A stretch of 64,000 nt of DNA from Eledone cirrhosa (taxonomy: Eukaryota). Location: contig OZ024740.1 in the NCBI GenBank assembly GCA_964016885.1, positions 396,862,001-396,926,000 on the forward strand, in the 5' to 3' direction. The notes below the pieces were generated by a model that made no database searches, was not told the origin of the DNA, and saw only the letters and a program-made list of their open reading frames with translations. This document shows, piece after piece, positions 1 to 13,087 of this stretch; the first letter of the stretch is position 1, and every line of letters starts with the position of its first letter. The translations under genes were made by a program, and so were the position numbers.

Positions 1-1380
1 AGGTACTGGAGAAAGGAATTGCCCCGAATCAGTGGAGGATCAGTAACATCGTCCCAGTGCCAAAGAAGGGAGATCTCTCTAACACCAACAACTACAGGAG
101 GATCTCACTGACGTCACTTGTGGCAAAGACCCTCAACAGGATGATTCTTAACAGGATTCAGCCTGAGATGGAGAAGAAGCTCAGGGACAACCAGAACGGC
201 TTCAGAGAGGGAAGATCAACCACCAGTCACATCCTGATGCTGAGGAGGATATTAGAGGGAGCTAGAACAAAGTGTCTTCCTGCGGTCATGGTTTTCATTG
301 ACTTTAGGAAGGCCTTTGATTCTGTGGACCGTCACTGCCTGATGAAGATCTTACAGGCTTATGGAATCCCCAAGAGGATAGTGGACCTGATATCACTGCT
401 CTACACCAACACCAAAGCCCAAGTCATTACACCTGATGGGATGACAGAGTTCTTTGAGATACTGGCTGGAGTGCTCCAGGGAGATACATTGGCTCCCTAC
501 CTGTTTATCATCGTAGTGGACTATTGTATGCGCCTTGCACTGGAGAAACACCAGGACTCTGGCTTTACTGTAGCACCGGCTCAGAGCAGGAGAGTTAAGG
601 CGAAAAAGGTATCAGATGCTGAATTTGCCGACGACATAGTTTTGGTGACAAATACAGTGAAGGAGGCAGAGGATTTGATGCAGGAGGTTGAGACTCTGTC
701 GATGAGTGTGGGGCTGAGAATGAATGAGACTAAAGCAAAATATCTGGTAGAGAATGTTGAGGAGCCGGAGGGGATCACTAATGTAGGCGGGAAGCTGCTA
801 GAATTGGTTGAGGACTTCCTGTATTTGGGAGCAAAGATTGGGAATACGGAAGATGATGTGGTTGAGAAGAAGAGCAAAGCCTGGGCGGCGTACCACAGCT
901 TGAGATCGGTGTGGAAGTCGGACCTTCGTAAAGACCTAAAAATCTGTCTCTTCATTGCTGTAGTGGAGTCTGTGCTGCTGTACGGGTCTGAGACTTGGAC
1001 ACTGACCAACAAACTCATTCAGATGGTGGATGGGTGCTACACAAGAATGCTGAGGATGGCTCTGAACATTAATCAGTATACACTGAGGATGAAAAACTCA
1101 GAGCTGTATGGGAGCCTCCCAAAAGTCAGCTCAAAAGTGACACAGAGGAGACTGGGGTTAGCTGGACATGCTCACCAACATCCAGAGTTGACATTGCACT
1201 CAGTACTCCTGTGGGAGCCCCTACATGGACACACTGGAAGGGGAAGACCAAGGTTAACGTATGTTCATGCCCTAAAGACAGACACTGGTCTGTTGGAGAC
1301 GCAGGACATGGCAGCGATAATGAGGGACAGAGACCGCTGGAGAAAAGTCGTCCATGGATCTCGGGAATTTTACCTGCCCT

Positions 1381-1382
<2 letters not shown>
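1..1382 (+). mobile_element. RTE-clade non-LTR retrotransposon, reverse transcriptase ORF 3' part (runs off window start)
   Basis: Frame is open from the window start through 1382. Motifs PKKGD..NYR.ISL, QNGFR.GRST, FIDF.KAFDSV, GVLQGDTLAP.LF, FADD, F.YLG, LLYGSETW, and C-terminal GRGRP typical of RTE. The TAG stop abuts a (TA)n tract. Confidence 0.92.
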
Positions 1383-1872
<490 letters not shown>

Positions 1873-2759
1873 GTTATACTTGGGGAGGGTCATATTTGTG
1901 TAATATTGCCAGAATTAATAACAGAACACACTCACTGTTTGGTTGGTTTTCGCTTCTCGCTGTCTTTTATATCTGCGATCTAACTTACTCGGTCCTCAAT
2001 GTTGCCATTGACTGACCGACGGTCAAAAATAATACAGATACAATATAGACACAAACACATATATATAGTTTACATAATTTACATAAATCTTTCGTTGCAC
2101 ATCTGCAACATCGTCAGTGGTGTTATATTTTTTCCTCCTGTTGTGTTGTATGTCTACGCCATTTTTTATTCAGTCTGTCTATATATTTATTTATTTATTT
2201 GCTTGTTTGTTTATTTTATTTGGTCTTCTTTGCGCATGCGTTTGCGTGTGTGTATAGTGTTATGTTTGCTGTGAGACTAGTGTGTATAGTGTTGTGTCTG
2301 CTGGGTGACTAGTGTGTGTTTATGTGCTTGTTGTTATTGTGCTTGTGTATGTATTTATTTATCTTATTTTATTTTATTTAATTTACTTATTTATACTTCT
2401 CTTAGGTCAGTGTTGTTTGTTTGGGTGTTGTTGTTGTTCCACTCATTCTTTCTGTTTAGCTTTGGTCTTCTAATTTGGTTTTCGCTTCTCGCTGTCTTTT
2501 ATATCTGCGATCTAACTTACTCGGTCCTCAATGTTGCCATTGACTGACCGACGGTCAAAAATGGTTTTTGCTTCTCGCTGTCTTTTATATCTGCGATCTA
2601 ACTTACTCGGTCCTCAATGTTGCCATTGACTGACCGACGGTCAAAAATTGTGAGTGTGTTCTGTTATTAATTCTGGCAATATTACACAAATATGACCCTC
2701 CCCAAGTATAACAATATTTGTTTCGACACACGATTTCATATAAAAAACCTCGCTAAACT
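1873..2759. mobile_element. Non-coding head-to-head Penelope-like remnant (related to 16576-18563)
   Basis: Arms 1873-~1935 and ~2651-2712 are reverse complements. Terminus gttatacttggggagggtcat and the tail after gtataacaatat align with the GIY-YIG-bearing element at 16.6-18.6 kb. Flanked by (TA)n. Contains three copies of an ~85-bp unit. Confidence 0.7.
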
Positions 2760-2784
2760 ATATATATATATATATATATATATA

Positions 2785-3321
2785 TCCAAAATTAAGATAA
2801 ATCAAAGTGAATTTAATCTAAATCAAAATTATGGGTGTCATGCCAGAAAGGCATGCACCATATCACCCGTAAAATAAGCTCCGAGATTCTAATGAATAGG
2901 TCCGACCATTTTATAACAACTAGAAATTGATTAACATATAAATAAACATAGGAAACAATCACAGGGGATAATTTTTACAAGTGTGTAAGCACACATAGCT
3001 AGGTAGGTAACTAAATAAAGTTAACTAGAACTTCAAAAATAGATACCTTATAATATGATTAATCTGCCCTGTATATATTCCATTAAAGAAATATATTTTA
3101 TCAATTAATCGAAGTGGTTTACCATTCGATTAATTGGTGAAATATATTTCTTTAATGGAATATATACAGGGAAGATTAATCATATTATAAGGTATCTATT
3201 TTTGAAGTTCTAGTTAACTTTATTTAGTTACCTACCTAGCTATGTGTGCTTACACACTTGTAAAAATTATCCCCTGTGATTGTTTCCTATGTTTATTTAT
3301 ATGTTAATCAATTTCTAGTTG

Positions 3322-3326
<5 letters not shown>
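2785..3326. repeat. ~410-bp near-perfect palindrome (2912-3326) with a one-sided ~125-bp tail, between TA tracts
   Basis: Arms ataacaactagaaattg...tcgaa and ttcgattaa...ctagttgttat are reverse complements around ~3118. Confidence 0.85.
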
Positions 3327-3420
<94 letters not shown>

Positions 3421-3603
3421 ATGTATATATATGTATATATATATATATTATATATATATATATGTATATATATATATTGCCATTAGTAAGGGCATCCAGC
3501 CATAAACATCTAGCCAGAAAGAGTTCTATATGATGCAACTTGCCTCAAATGAGACAACCCGTCTAACTCATGCCAGTGTGGAAAATGGACAAATGATGAT
3601 ATA

Positions 3604-3947
3604 TCATCATCATTTCATCATTTCATTTTACGTCCGCTTTTCCATGCTTGCAAGGGTGGGACAGGAACTGATTCTGGCTTGATTTCTACAGCTGGATGCC
3701 CTTCCTAACACCAACCTCATTTACAGTGAGTGCTGGGTGCTTTTTTGCCGTGACACCTCCACGACCACTTTACAGTGGAATGATAGGGACTCCAGTCCTA
3801 TCATCTCATTTCTACAGCTGAGTAAACTGGAGCAATGCGAAATAAAGTGTCTTGCTCAAGGAAACAACACATCACCCAGTCTGAGAATTGAACTCACAAT
3901 CTTTCGATTGCAAGGCCAATGCTCTAACCACTAAGCCATGTGCCTCC
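3604..3947 (-). mobile_element. tRNA-derived SINE with RTE-like (GAT)n tail
   Basis: Minus strand shows a tRNA-like head (tggcttagtggttag, gagttcaatt), a CORE-like segment (ccttgagcaagacacttt) and the tail gcatggaaaagcggacgtaaaatga. Confidence 0.85.
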
Positions 3948-4047
3948 ATATATATACATATATATAAACAAATTAACTCGAAAATAGAATTTTGAGACGC
4001 GAGTGTATAAGGATTCCCTGTGAATACATATATACATTTTATATATG

Positions 4048-4090
<43 letters not shown>

Positions 4091-4498
4091 CCCACAAAGA
4101 TACATAGATACATATACTTACATAAATAAATTATTATCCTCATCATCACTGTTTTGCATCCATTTTCTTTGTTAGCAGGGGATTTTAATGTGAATATACA
4201 TAAATATGTGTGTGTGTGTCCATTCCATTTAGAAAAGGTATAGCGTATCCTTGTGTGTTGTAAGTTTGGTGTCAGAAAGGGCATCTGATGGCAAATCATT
4301 GTCTCAAAATGTCCTAACTAAGCAATGGCACCATGGAAATGCGAACATAGAAACAATGGTAATGAGGATCATCATCATCATTATCATCGTTTAGCATCTA
4401 TCTTCCACGCTAGGATGGGTTAGATGGGAATCACCCCACTTGAGGCAAGATTGATTGGGTGACCGTGTGTTGCTTGTATAGGACTTTAGGATATATAT

Positions 4499-4555
<57 letters not shown>

Positions 4556-4608
4556 AATATATATATAAATATAAATATATATATATAAATATAAATATAT
4601 AAATATGA

Positions 4609-4681
<73 letters not shown>

Positions 4682-4736
4682 CATATATATATATATAAAT
4701 ACATATATATATTATGGATTACTTATAACGATAACT

Positions 4737-4790
<54 letters not shown>

Positions 4791-4868
4791 CATATATATA
4801 TATAAATATAAATCATATATATATAAATATAAATATATATATTATGGATTACTTATAACGATAACTTG

Positions 4869-4907
<39 letters not shown>

Positions 4908-4908
<1 letters not shown>

Positions 4909-5221
4909 GAGGCACATGGCTTAGTGGTTAGAGCATTGGTCTTGTGAGTTCAATCCTCGGACCGGGTGATGTGTTGTTTCCTTGAGCAAGACACTTTATT
5001 TCACATTGCTCCAGTTTACTCAGCTGTAGAAATGAGATGATAGGGACTGGAGTCCCTATCATTCCACTGTAAAGTGGTCGTGGAGGTGCCACGGCAAAAA
5101 AGCACCCAGCACTCACTGTAAATGAGGTTGGTGTTAGGAAGGGCCTCCAGCTGTAGAAATCAAGCCAGAATCAGTTCCCTGCAAGCAGGGAAAAGCGGAC
5201 GTAAAATGATGAGGACGATGA
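4908..5221 (+). mobile_element. tRNA-derived SINE, inverted partner of 3604-3947
   Basis: A-box tggcttagtggtt, B-box gagttcaatcct, same internal junction hairpin as the 3.6-kb copy, tail gggaaaagcggacgtaaaatgatga. Confidence 0.85.
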
Positions 5222-5276
5222 TATATATAAATATAAATACATATATAAATATAAATATATATATATATTTAATATG

Positions 5277-5307
<31 letters not shown>

Positions 5308-5413
5308 ATACAAATATTTCAGTGTCCTAGTAGTAGGTATTTTGAGATGGTGGAGATCATAGTCTAGGGTTCAATCTCGGTCAGGATCTACACTAAGGAG
5401 CTATACTAATTAC

Positions 5414-5445
<32 letters not shown>

Positions 5446-5537
5446 GTATGTATATATATATAAATATATATATGTATAAAATATCTATCTATCTATATAT
5501 ATATATATATACACACATACATATACATATATATATC

Positions 5538-5570
<33 letters not shown>

Positions 5571-5571
5571 C

Positions 5572-5615
<44 letters not shown>

Positions 5616-5668
5616 TATTCCCCATCTAAACCCATGCTAGCGTGGAAGATAGACGTTAAACGATGATG

Positions 5669-5708
<40 letters not shown>

Positions 5709-5709
<1 letters not shown>

Positions 5710-5868
5710 CAAGGGAAAAGTGATAAGGAACCAGGTGGACCATAACGCACCAAAGTACTCAATACTTAGGGTAGTAGAATGGGTAATAGGAGTAAGTAAG
5801 ACCCCGACGGCTGAGCTCAAGCCGTTTCGATGGCTTGAGCTCAGCCGTCGGGGTCTTACTTACTCCTA
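5709..5868. mobile_element. Mini palindromic insertion with the 3' half of a hammerhead-like motif and a one-sided tail
   Basis: 37-bp perfect arms taggagtaagtaagaccccgacggctgagctcaagcc and complement. Relatives at 7010-7105 and ~44270-44390. Flanked by TA tracts. Confidence 0.6.
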
Positions 5869-6006
5869 TATATATATATATATATATATATTCAATATGT
5901 ATATATATATATTTAATATATTTATATATCAAAGGCCGGTGCCCTGCATGGCTTCAGCCGGATGGCTGGAACAGGTTAAAGGGTATATATATATATATAT
6001 ATATAT

Positions 6007-6076
<70 letters not shown>

Positions 6077-6715
6077 CATATATATACATATATGTTTATA
6101 TATATATATATATTTAATATGTGTATATATATATATATACATAGAGTTTCGCCTGTTTATCACAGGGTCATCAGATAAGAACATACATATATATGTATTA
6201 ATATGTATAATTATTCATATATCTATATATTTATACATGTATATATATATCTCTCTGCCTCTCTGCTGAATTTATGAATTGTTTGCAATAAAGCTTTCTC
6301 ATCAGCTGAAGGTTCAGCTAGTTCGGTGCAGTTACTTTAATCATGCTGTTTTCCTGGTATATTTGTCTGTTTAGTGAAAAACGTGAACTACAAGGGTAAG
6401 GACATGCTTTCAAAAGAAGAAAGTAGATGAATGTAACAAAGATATGATCTCACTAGTAGTAGGACATTATATGATGTGAGTGATATAAGAGTATAAATCT
6501 AGAGGTAGGAAAGCTTTTCTACTGACATTGTGTTTTTACAAGTAGAAAATATAACACAGCATGCTGGATAGAAGCAACAGCAGTATTATTATTATTATTA
6601 TTATAAATAATAAAAATATTAGTAGTAGTACCATTATTTCAAGTCATATTAGTATGTACTGCTAAACCATATCAAATAAAAAATATAGACTCCTATACAT
6701 GTATATGGGGTGTGG

Positions 6716-6850
6716 TATGTATGTATGTATGTGTGTATGTATGTATGTATGTATGTATGTATGTATGTATGTATGTATGTATGTATGTATGTATGTATGT
6801 ATGTATGTATGTATGTATGTATGTATGTATGTATGTATGTATGTATGTAT
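6716..6850. repeat. (TATG)n microsatellite
   Basis: Direct reading. Confidence 0.97.
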
Positions 6851-6956
6851 ATTTGCATACATACACACTCACACATGTATATATGTATGCATGTATTCTA
6901 GTACATACTCATACACACACATATATATATAACCATAATCTTATGTCCGTTTTCCT

Positions 6957-7009
<53 letters not shown>

Positions 7010-7011
<2 letters not shown>

Positions 7012-7105
7012 GAAGGAATTGTGGTAAGGAACCAGATGGACCATAACGTCCAGAAATAGCCGTCGAAACGGCTTGAGCTCTGCCGTCGGGGTCATACTTG
7101 TTCCT
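7010..7105. mobile_element. Second, more deleted copy of the 5709-5868 family
   Basis: Shares taaggaaccag.tggaccataacg and cgaaacggcttgagctc.gccgtcggggtc.tactt; lies in a TA tract. Confidence 0.6.
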
Positions 7106-7122
7106 ATATATATATATGTATA

Positions 7123-7183
<61 letters not shown>

Positions 7184-7213
7184 ACACACACACATATATA
7201 TATCTGTTTTCCT

Positions 7214-7262
<49 letters not shown>

Positions 7263-7278
<16 letters not shown>

Positions 7279-7334
7279 AATGAAATTATTGTGTAAAGTG
7301 CTCAGGTGCACTACAACTCGTCAAAGGTGCATGT
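7263..7334 (-). mobile_element. Isolated 3'-end fragment of the CR1-group LINE at 52-56.7 kb
   Basis: Reverse complement matches ~56619-56690, including the (ATT)n tail. A shorter fragment lies at ~32513-32543. Confidence 0.85.
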
Positions 7335-8634
7335 ATATTACATAGAATAATATAACACACACACACATTTATAAATTTCAAGTATTTTTGCTTGTTTTTG
7401 TATGATATTGTTTTCTTTATCATCCCTGAAATATTTGCCTTTGCTATTGTATTGTAGCCCAGTGTTTGTATTCATATTAATCATGTGGCAAAATAAAGAA
7501 ATTATTCTCACCATACATAAATACTTATATTTACATGTGTATGTGTTTGAGAGTGGGTCAGTATTTCTCTCTGTATATGGGACAGACAGATGTACAGTTG
7601 TAGTTTGTATTGTCATTTGTTCAGTTTATATTTTTGTTTTGTATAACTATTCACTAGTGTGTTATATGTTTTATATTTGAGTAGCTTTTGTGGGAAACAG
7701 ACATCATTGTTAACCCTTATTGCCCTTGAGACAGAAATCGTTATTATTATTATTGGAGGTGTCATAGTTGTTTCCAGCTGAAGTTCCAATAGATAAAAAA
7801 TTATCATTATTATTATTATTCCTTAATGTAAGCCCTGTGTGGCTAATAAAGAAATCATTATTATTGTTGTTGTTATTGTTGTTATTGCTGGTGGTAATAA
7901 CAAATAATCAAATTATATGTGGATGGTGGTGGTTATGGAGGTGGGTAGGTGGATATAAAGGAGAAAATATAAAAATAAAAGTAAAGTAGCTGTGAAAAAA
8001 GGGATGAAGTGTTAGCAAAGAGCTATTTAAGGATTCCCCCTTCCACATCCTCCTCTCTTATCTAAGAATTATCGCAATAAGAGAAGACAGCGTGCATCAG
8101 AACTACAAATACACAACAGATAAAGCAGCAACAGAAATAATAACAATAACACCAATGAAAATAACAATCATTTATGATTTCTTTGTAATAATGAGAACAA
8201 CAACAACGAAAATGGTACTGATGTTGTTATGATTTTTTTTTTATATTTTAACAAGGCAAAAGGTAAAAATTGTATTGTGTAGTGGTGGGTATAACCAAAT
8301 GACTATACCTTAGTACATTACAGGTATTTATTTTATCATAATAAATTTAAAAATAATAATAATTTCTGTAAATGCTATAATAATACTAAAAAGGTTTTGA
8401 AAAGACAAAAACCAAAAAAATCATTACAAAAAAAAAAAAAAATCCATACACTATATTGCAAAAATAACACAAAGACAATAATAACTAGTTCTTTGACAAA
8501 ATAACACCTGTTGTATTATTAGTATAAATAGTAGTAGAAATTATAGTATGAAAGGAAGAGTGAATGAAATGAATGAACAAATAAATAAACAAGCAGATGA
8601 TGTATAGAAGAACTCACAGAGAGAGAGAGAGTGA

Positions 8635-8767
8635 TTAGCTCCACACCTCAAACACACTCAGTACAGCAGCTTTCGTCGAGAAAATGTTAACACTCATCGA
8701 ATTGATGTCGATTGAACGAGTAAAGAGATGCTTAGAATTATGCTTGTGTGAAGCGGCACGTCTGAAC
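8635..8767 (-). CDS. Candidate terminal coding exon of the host gene (FRRAASHKHNSKHLFTRSIDINSMSVNIFSTKAAVLSVFEVWS*)
   Basis: CpG-richer unique patch, acceptor ..ttccaagctag|G, 43 open codons to TAA. Entry phase 2 fits the exit phase of exon 58590-58809. The polypyrimidine tract is weak. Confidence 0.4.
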
Positions 8768-9233
8768 CTAGCTTGGAATATCACATGAATGCTAAGAAGA
8801 GCTGAGAAGAAGGTAGGGGGAGTCTAGAAAGAGTAATTCCTTTTTAAAACAATCACTTGGGGATAAAGAAAAACAGAGTGAAAGATAAAAATCTATAAAT
8901 ATCACTAAATTCTGACGTTGAATTTATTGAAACGTGAATGGAAAATACATATTTTTGAATTAAATTTTGAGATATTTTTTTTTTTTTAAACTTGAGTAGA
9001 AGGAAATTAAAACTGTTTATATTTATTTTGGAAAGGATGATTATTATTATTGATGCAGCTAAAGCAACAAATAACAGAAAACATGCAAACAAAATGTAGA
9101 TAAAAACATTTCATCATAAATATCTGTTTGGTTGGTTTACTGTGTCAATATTTAGTAAATATGTGGTGAGTGGTGTAGAGGAAGAGGGTAAGTCAGCAAC
9201 CTGGCTTCATTTCCTGTGGTTCTAATTATTTAA

Positions 9234-9436
9234 CTCTTTCGTTACTATAGTTCTAATAAAAGACACTGCCTATTATGTTAAAATGATTAAAAATTTGAAG
9301 GGGTTTAGTAATATAGCCAACTTTCTCATTATAAAATTGTGATTGGAAGGTTTGTAAATAAATATAAACACTTTAGAATAAGCAGTTTTCAATAATAGAA
9401 CCCGATGCAGTTTCAGGCAGTCTGGTATCAAAAGGG
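9234..9436. mobile_element. piggyBac-type MITE
   Basis: TTAA on both sides; termini ctctttcgttact / ggtatcaaaaggg. Relatives at 12413-13087 and ~36062-36295. Confidence 0.7.
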
Positions 9437-10139
9437 TTAATTTCACATACGTTACTAATACTCTTGGGAAATGCATGAATGCCACATAATAATACTCCCA
9501 TTCTACTCCTTACAAAATTTATGACTTTATGCTTCTATAAAAAAATCAATATTTTCTAAATATATTAGTTCTATATAGACAGTAACCTCTAGGAAAGGGA
9601 AGTTGTCAATTTACTTTCAATTCCTGATGGAAGTCAGTCAAGTCACTTTATTTACATACAAATCTAAAAGAATTATTCATATTTCCTAAATAGTTATTTC
9701 TTGTATAGGTGCAACAACTCACATATCTATGAGAGAAGAAATGAGATGTTGTGAGAGTCATGCCCTATTAAGGGACATAAATGGTATTAGTGAAGTAACA
9801 CGTTTTCAACTGAGAATCTAAATTAGGTTAAGAGTACATTCAAAGAGTAAATAGACTAAGAAAAAGCTGAAAAAAATTATAATTATCTAATACTTTTATA
9901 TAAACCAATGTTTTCCAAAGTGACTTCTGCAAAAAAAATGTTAGGTGTTTCACAAGATCAGGTGTCTTTCAATAAAATTTCACATTTTAAAAATATTTTT
10001 AAATGCTCTCTAAAAGGATTTTTATTTCCTTTAATGTCATAATAGAATCAGGGTGATGGGGAGAGTAAAATATATAGGTTTTTCCACAATATTTTGATAA
10101 TCTAATAAGGATTCTGCAGCAAAATGTTTTGGATATTAT

Positions 10140-10720
10140 TTAATAAGGTGGTTGTACTGGTGCCATGCCAAAAAGCACCCAGTTCAACCAGTAAGGTAGT
10201 AGTAATATTGTTGCCATGAAAAAAGCATCCAGTCAACTCTGTAAGGTCCCATGAGAACTCTGTACGGGTCCCATGAGAAAAAAACATTGTTTACCTTGTA
10301 AGGTGGTTGGTTGTACAGGTGCCACAACTAAAAGCACCCAATCTACCCTGTATGGTGTTAATGATACTGCCACCACAAAAAGCACCTAGTCCACCATGTA
10401 AGGTGATCTTACTGGTGCCACTAAAAAAGCACCCTGTTCATCCAGTAAGGTCGTTATAATGGTACCATGCACCAAAAAGCACCCAGTCTGCGCTGAAAGG
10501 TGGACGTATAGCTGATATGACAAAAAGCACCCAATCCACTCCATAACGTGACAGAACTGGTGCCAGGAAAAAGCTCCTAGTACACACTGTAAGTTGGTTT
10601 GCATTAAGAAGAGCATCCAGCCAAAGAAAAACCAAGCCAAAAGCTGAGCATATGAGCAAAATGTAGCCACCTAATGTGCCAGCCCATCTAACCTATGTGA
10701 GCATGGAAAATAAACATCAA
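10140..10720 (+). repeat. SINE 3' half with ~10 diverged tandem copies of a ~47-bp unit
   Basis: Recurring taaggt...ggtgcca..aaaaagcaccca unit, ending in the SINE tail (gcatccagc...gcatggaaaa). Confidence 0.75.
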
Positions 10721-10852
10721 ACAGTTTGGTGACAAATAATGTCATTAAAAAGAAAATAGGATTTATAATTTTGTGTAAATATCAATTTGAGATGCAATTC
10801 CTTGCAGTTGCATCACTAACAACTGAGTCTCTAGATTTATTGTGCTATATAA

Positions 10853-10964
10853 TAATTGTTTCTACTTTTGGCACTAGGCCAGAAATTACCCAGTGCATTA
10901 CTGGTACTTTATTTTATCGACCCCGTAAGGATGAAAGGCAAAGTTAACCTCGGCGGGATTTGAA
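10853..10964 (-). mobile_element. 5'-truncated SINE (family of 50468-50652)
   Basis: ctggtactttattttatcgaccccgtaaggatgaaaggcaaagttaacctcggcgggatttgaa. Confidence 0.85.
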
Positions 10965-11003
10965 AGGTCTGTTATTTACTTTTAAGGCCTTCTTTTAAAT
11001 GTA

Positions 11004-11316
11004 CAGTGTACCCCTGGCATTCATGGTCCCAACATTTGCAGAATTTTCCTTAGAACCCAACTAATAATTGTACGTGGAAACCACCGCATATTCATGGAAT
11101 CGTAAATATCTTCTGCGATTTTTAATGGCTTTTTTCGTGGCAATAGATATTTTTTCACAGTTTTTAATGCTAAGTTATTAACAACAATATACCGTATTTG
11201 CTGGCCTATATTTTATGTTTTGATGTTTATTTTCATGGATCATGTCCAATATTCTCAGTTTTTCACTCTTCGCGGGTGCTTTAAGAACATAGCCCTGGGA
11301 ATACCTAGGACAACTG
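11004..11316 (-). mobile_element. pogo/Tigger-type MITE
   Basis: TA|cagtgtacccct...aggacaactg|TA; inverted homolog at 14255-14610. Confidence 0.7.
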
Positions 11317-12412
11317 TATTCAGATTTCATGGATTTTCTTTTATCCTCAAACTTGTTTTCGACGTTAGACTGAAGCCATGCTGGGACACATCCATGAAGG
11401 GATTTAGTTGATCATATTGACCCCAGTACTTATTTTTCAAACCTGATACTTATTTTATTGATCTCGTTTTGTTTAAATGCTAAGTTACAGGACATAAGCA
11501 AACAGAAAATATAAAGACAGACATACATACACACATATATATATAAATATCATGAATTATCAAAGTGTTGGGTGATTTGAAATTTGAAAATGTGGGAATC
11601 CCAAACACAGAAAATAACTGTTGATCACTATAAATAACAGCTTAGAAAATCAGGTAAAATATCCCTATAGATGGTAAAAAAAAAAAAAAGTGACCAGCAC
11701 TCTGTAAAGTGGTTTGTGATAGGCCAGACATGCAGCTGCAGAAAATGCCAAAGAAAGAGTTGGAAGGACTTTTCAACTGTGTTCAAAATATGACAACTTC
11801 CCCAGGGCAGGAATGTAAGTAAGCATGATGTGGGCCCCTGACCTGTTAGAGCACTCAGTACAGTGGAGGAACAGATGTATGAGTGATACAGGTCCTTGGT
11901 CCATCTGGAATAGTTATGGGTAGACTACCTTTGATCATAAATCTGTTTGATCAGTGTTGATCTGGAACTAATTATCACCAATGCTACATGGCAATGTAGC
12001 CTAAAGTGGTTACCCCATGACTAATCATAAAAAGTTAGGGAACAAAAAAGCAAATGAATCCTTTATTTGATACCAATTTGTATTTAATTGTAACTAAAGA
12101 AACTGATAGGTGTATTTACATGTAAATTTCTACAATATTTTACAACTAACTTTTAATGATTCCCAAATAATTTGTAGATACCAACTAACTTCAAATATTG
12201 TTTCAAATCTAAAGGTAAATAGTTAATTATTTATATGCAATCTTCATTGTCAAAGCCAAACACATCATGAATTTTCCTCAAAATGTTATTAAGATACTGT
12301 CAAGTTTGTTATATTATTTAAATGTCAAACGAATTTATCAATATCTCCATACACAAAGATTTACATAAAAAAATGAATGATTCCTTTTCTGAAAACACAA
12401 TCAATCTATTAA

Positions 12413-13087
12413 CCCATTTATTACTATAGTTTTAGTAAAAGACACAGTCTATGATTTTCAAATAATTTTGAAAATAATACAAAATTTGGAGGAATTTAGT
12501 AAAATAACTTTAGATAACTATAAATATTTTTGCCCTTTCATTATCATATTTCAAATGAACGATTTTGAAAATAATTAAGAATTTGGAGGGATTTAGCAAT
12601 ATAACTAACTTTCTCCTTAGGCTGGTGTTTGGAACATAAAGGTTCTTAAATAAAATTATGAAGGAAGGTTTTTAGATGTATGGTATGGTATCATCTCATA
12701 ATTCTTGATGGAGTTGTAGGGGCATCTTAGTGGTATACAGCATTTCTTGAGTATTTTAAGCCTGATGGAGCCCATCTCTTTCCAGGAGGCCTGAACACAG
12801 CAAATATCTTCCAGAGAAAGATAGAAAGTGAGAGAGAGGAAGTGATAAAGATATATAGAGGAAGAATCAACCTCAGTACATTACTGGTACTTTATTCTTA
12901 TTGACCTCAAAAGGATGAAAGGCATAGTTGACCTCAGTGAGATTTGAACTCAGAAAGCAGAGAGCCAGAATGAATACTACAAAGCATTCTATCCAGTGTT
13001 CTAACGACTCTGCCATTTTACTGCCTAGATAAATGATTTTGTATCAGAAAATCCAGGGCAGTTTCAGGCAGTTTTGTATCAAAAGGG
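12413..13087. mobile_element. piggyBac-type MITE with nested old SINE (~12867-13025, minus)
   Basis: TTAA|ccca...aaaaggg|TTAA. Ends homologous to 9234-9436. Internal ctggtactttatt...gatttgaactcagaa SINE segment. Confidence 0.65.

Noticed and set aside
4908-4965. tRNA gene
   Set aside because: A and B boxes belong to a SINE head; the cloverleaf is incomplete and continues into the SINE body.
10140-10600. CRISPR-like periodicity
   Set aside because: Whole ~47-bp units are homologous with no unique spacers, there are no cas genes, and the context is a eukaryotic SINE.
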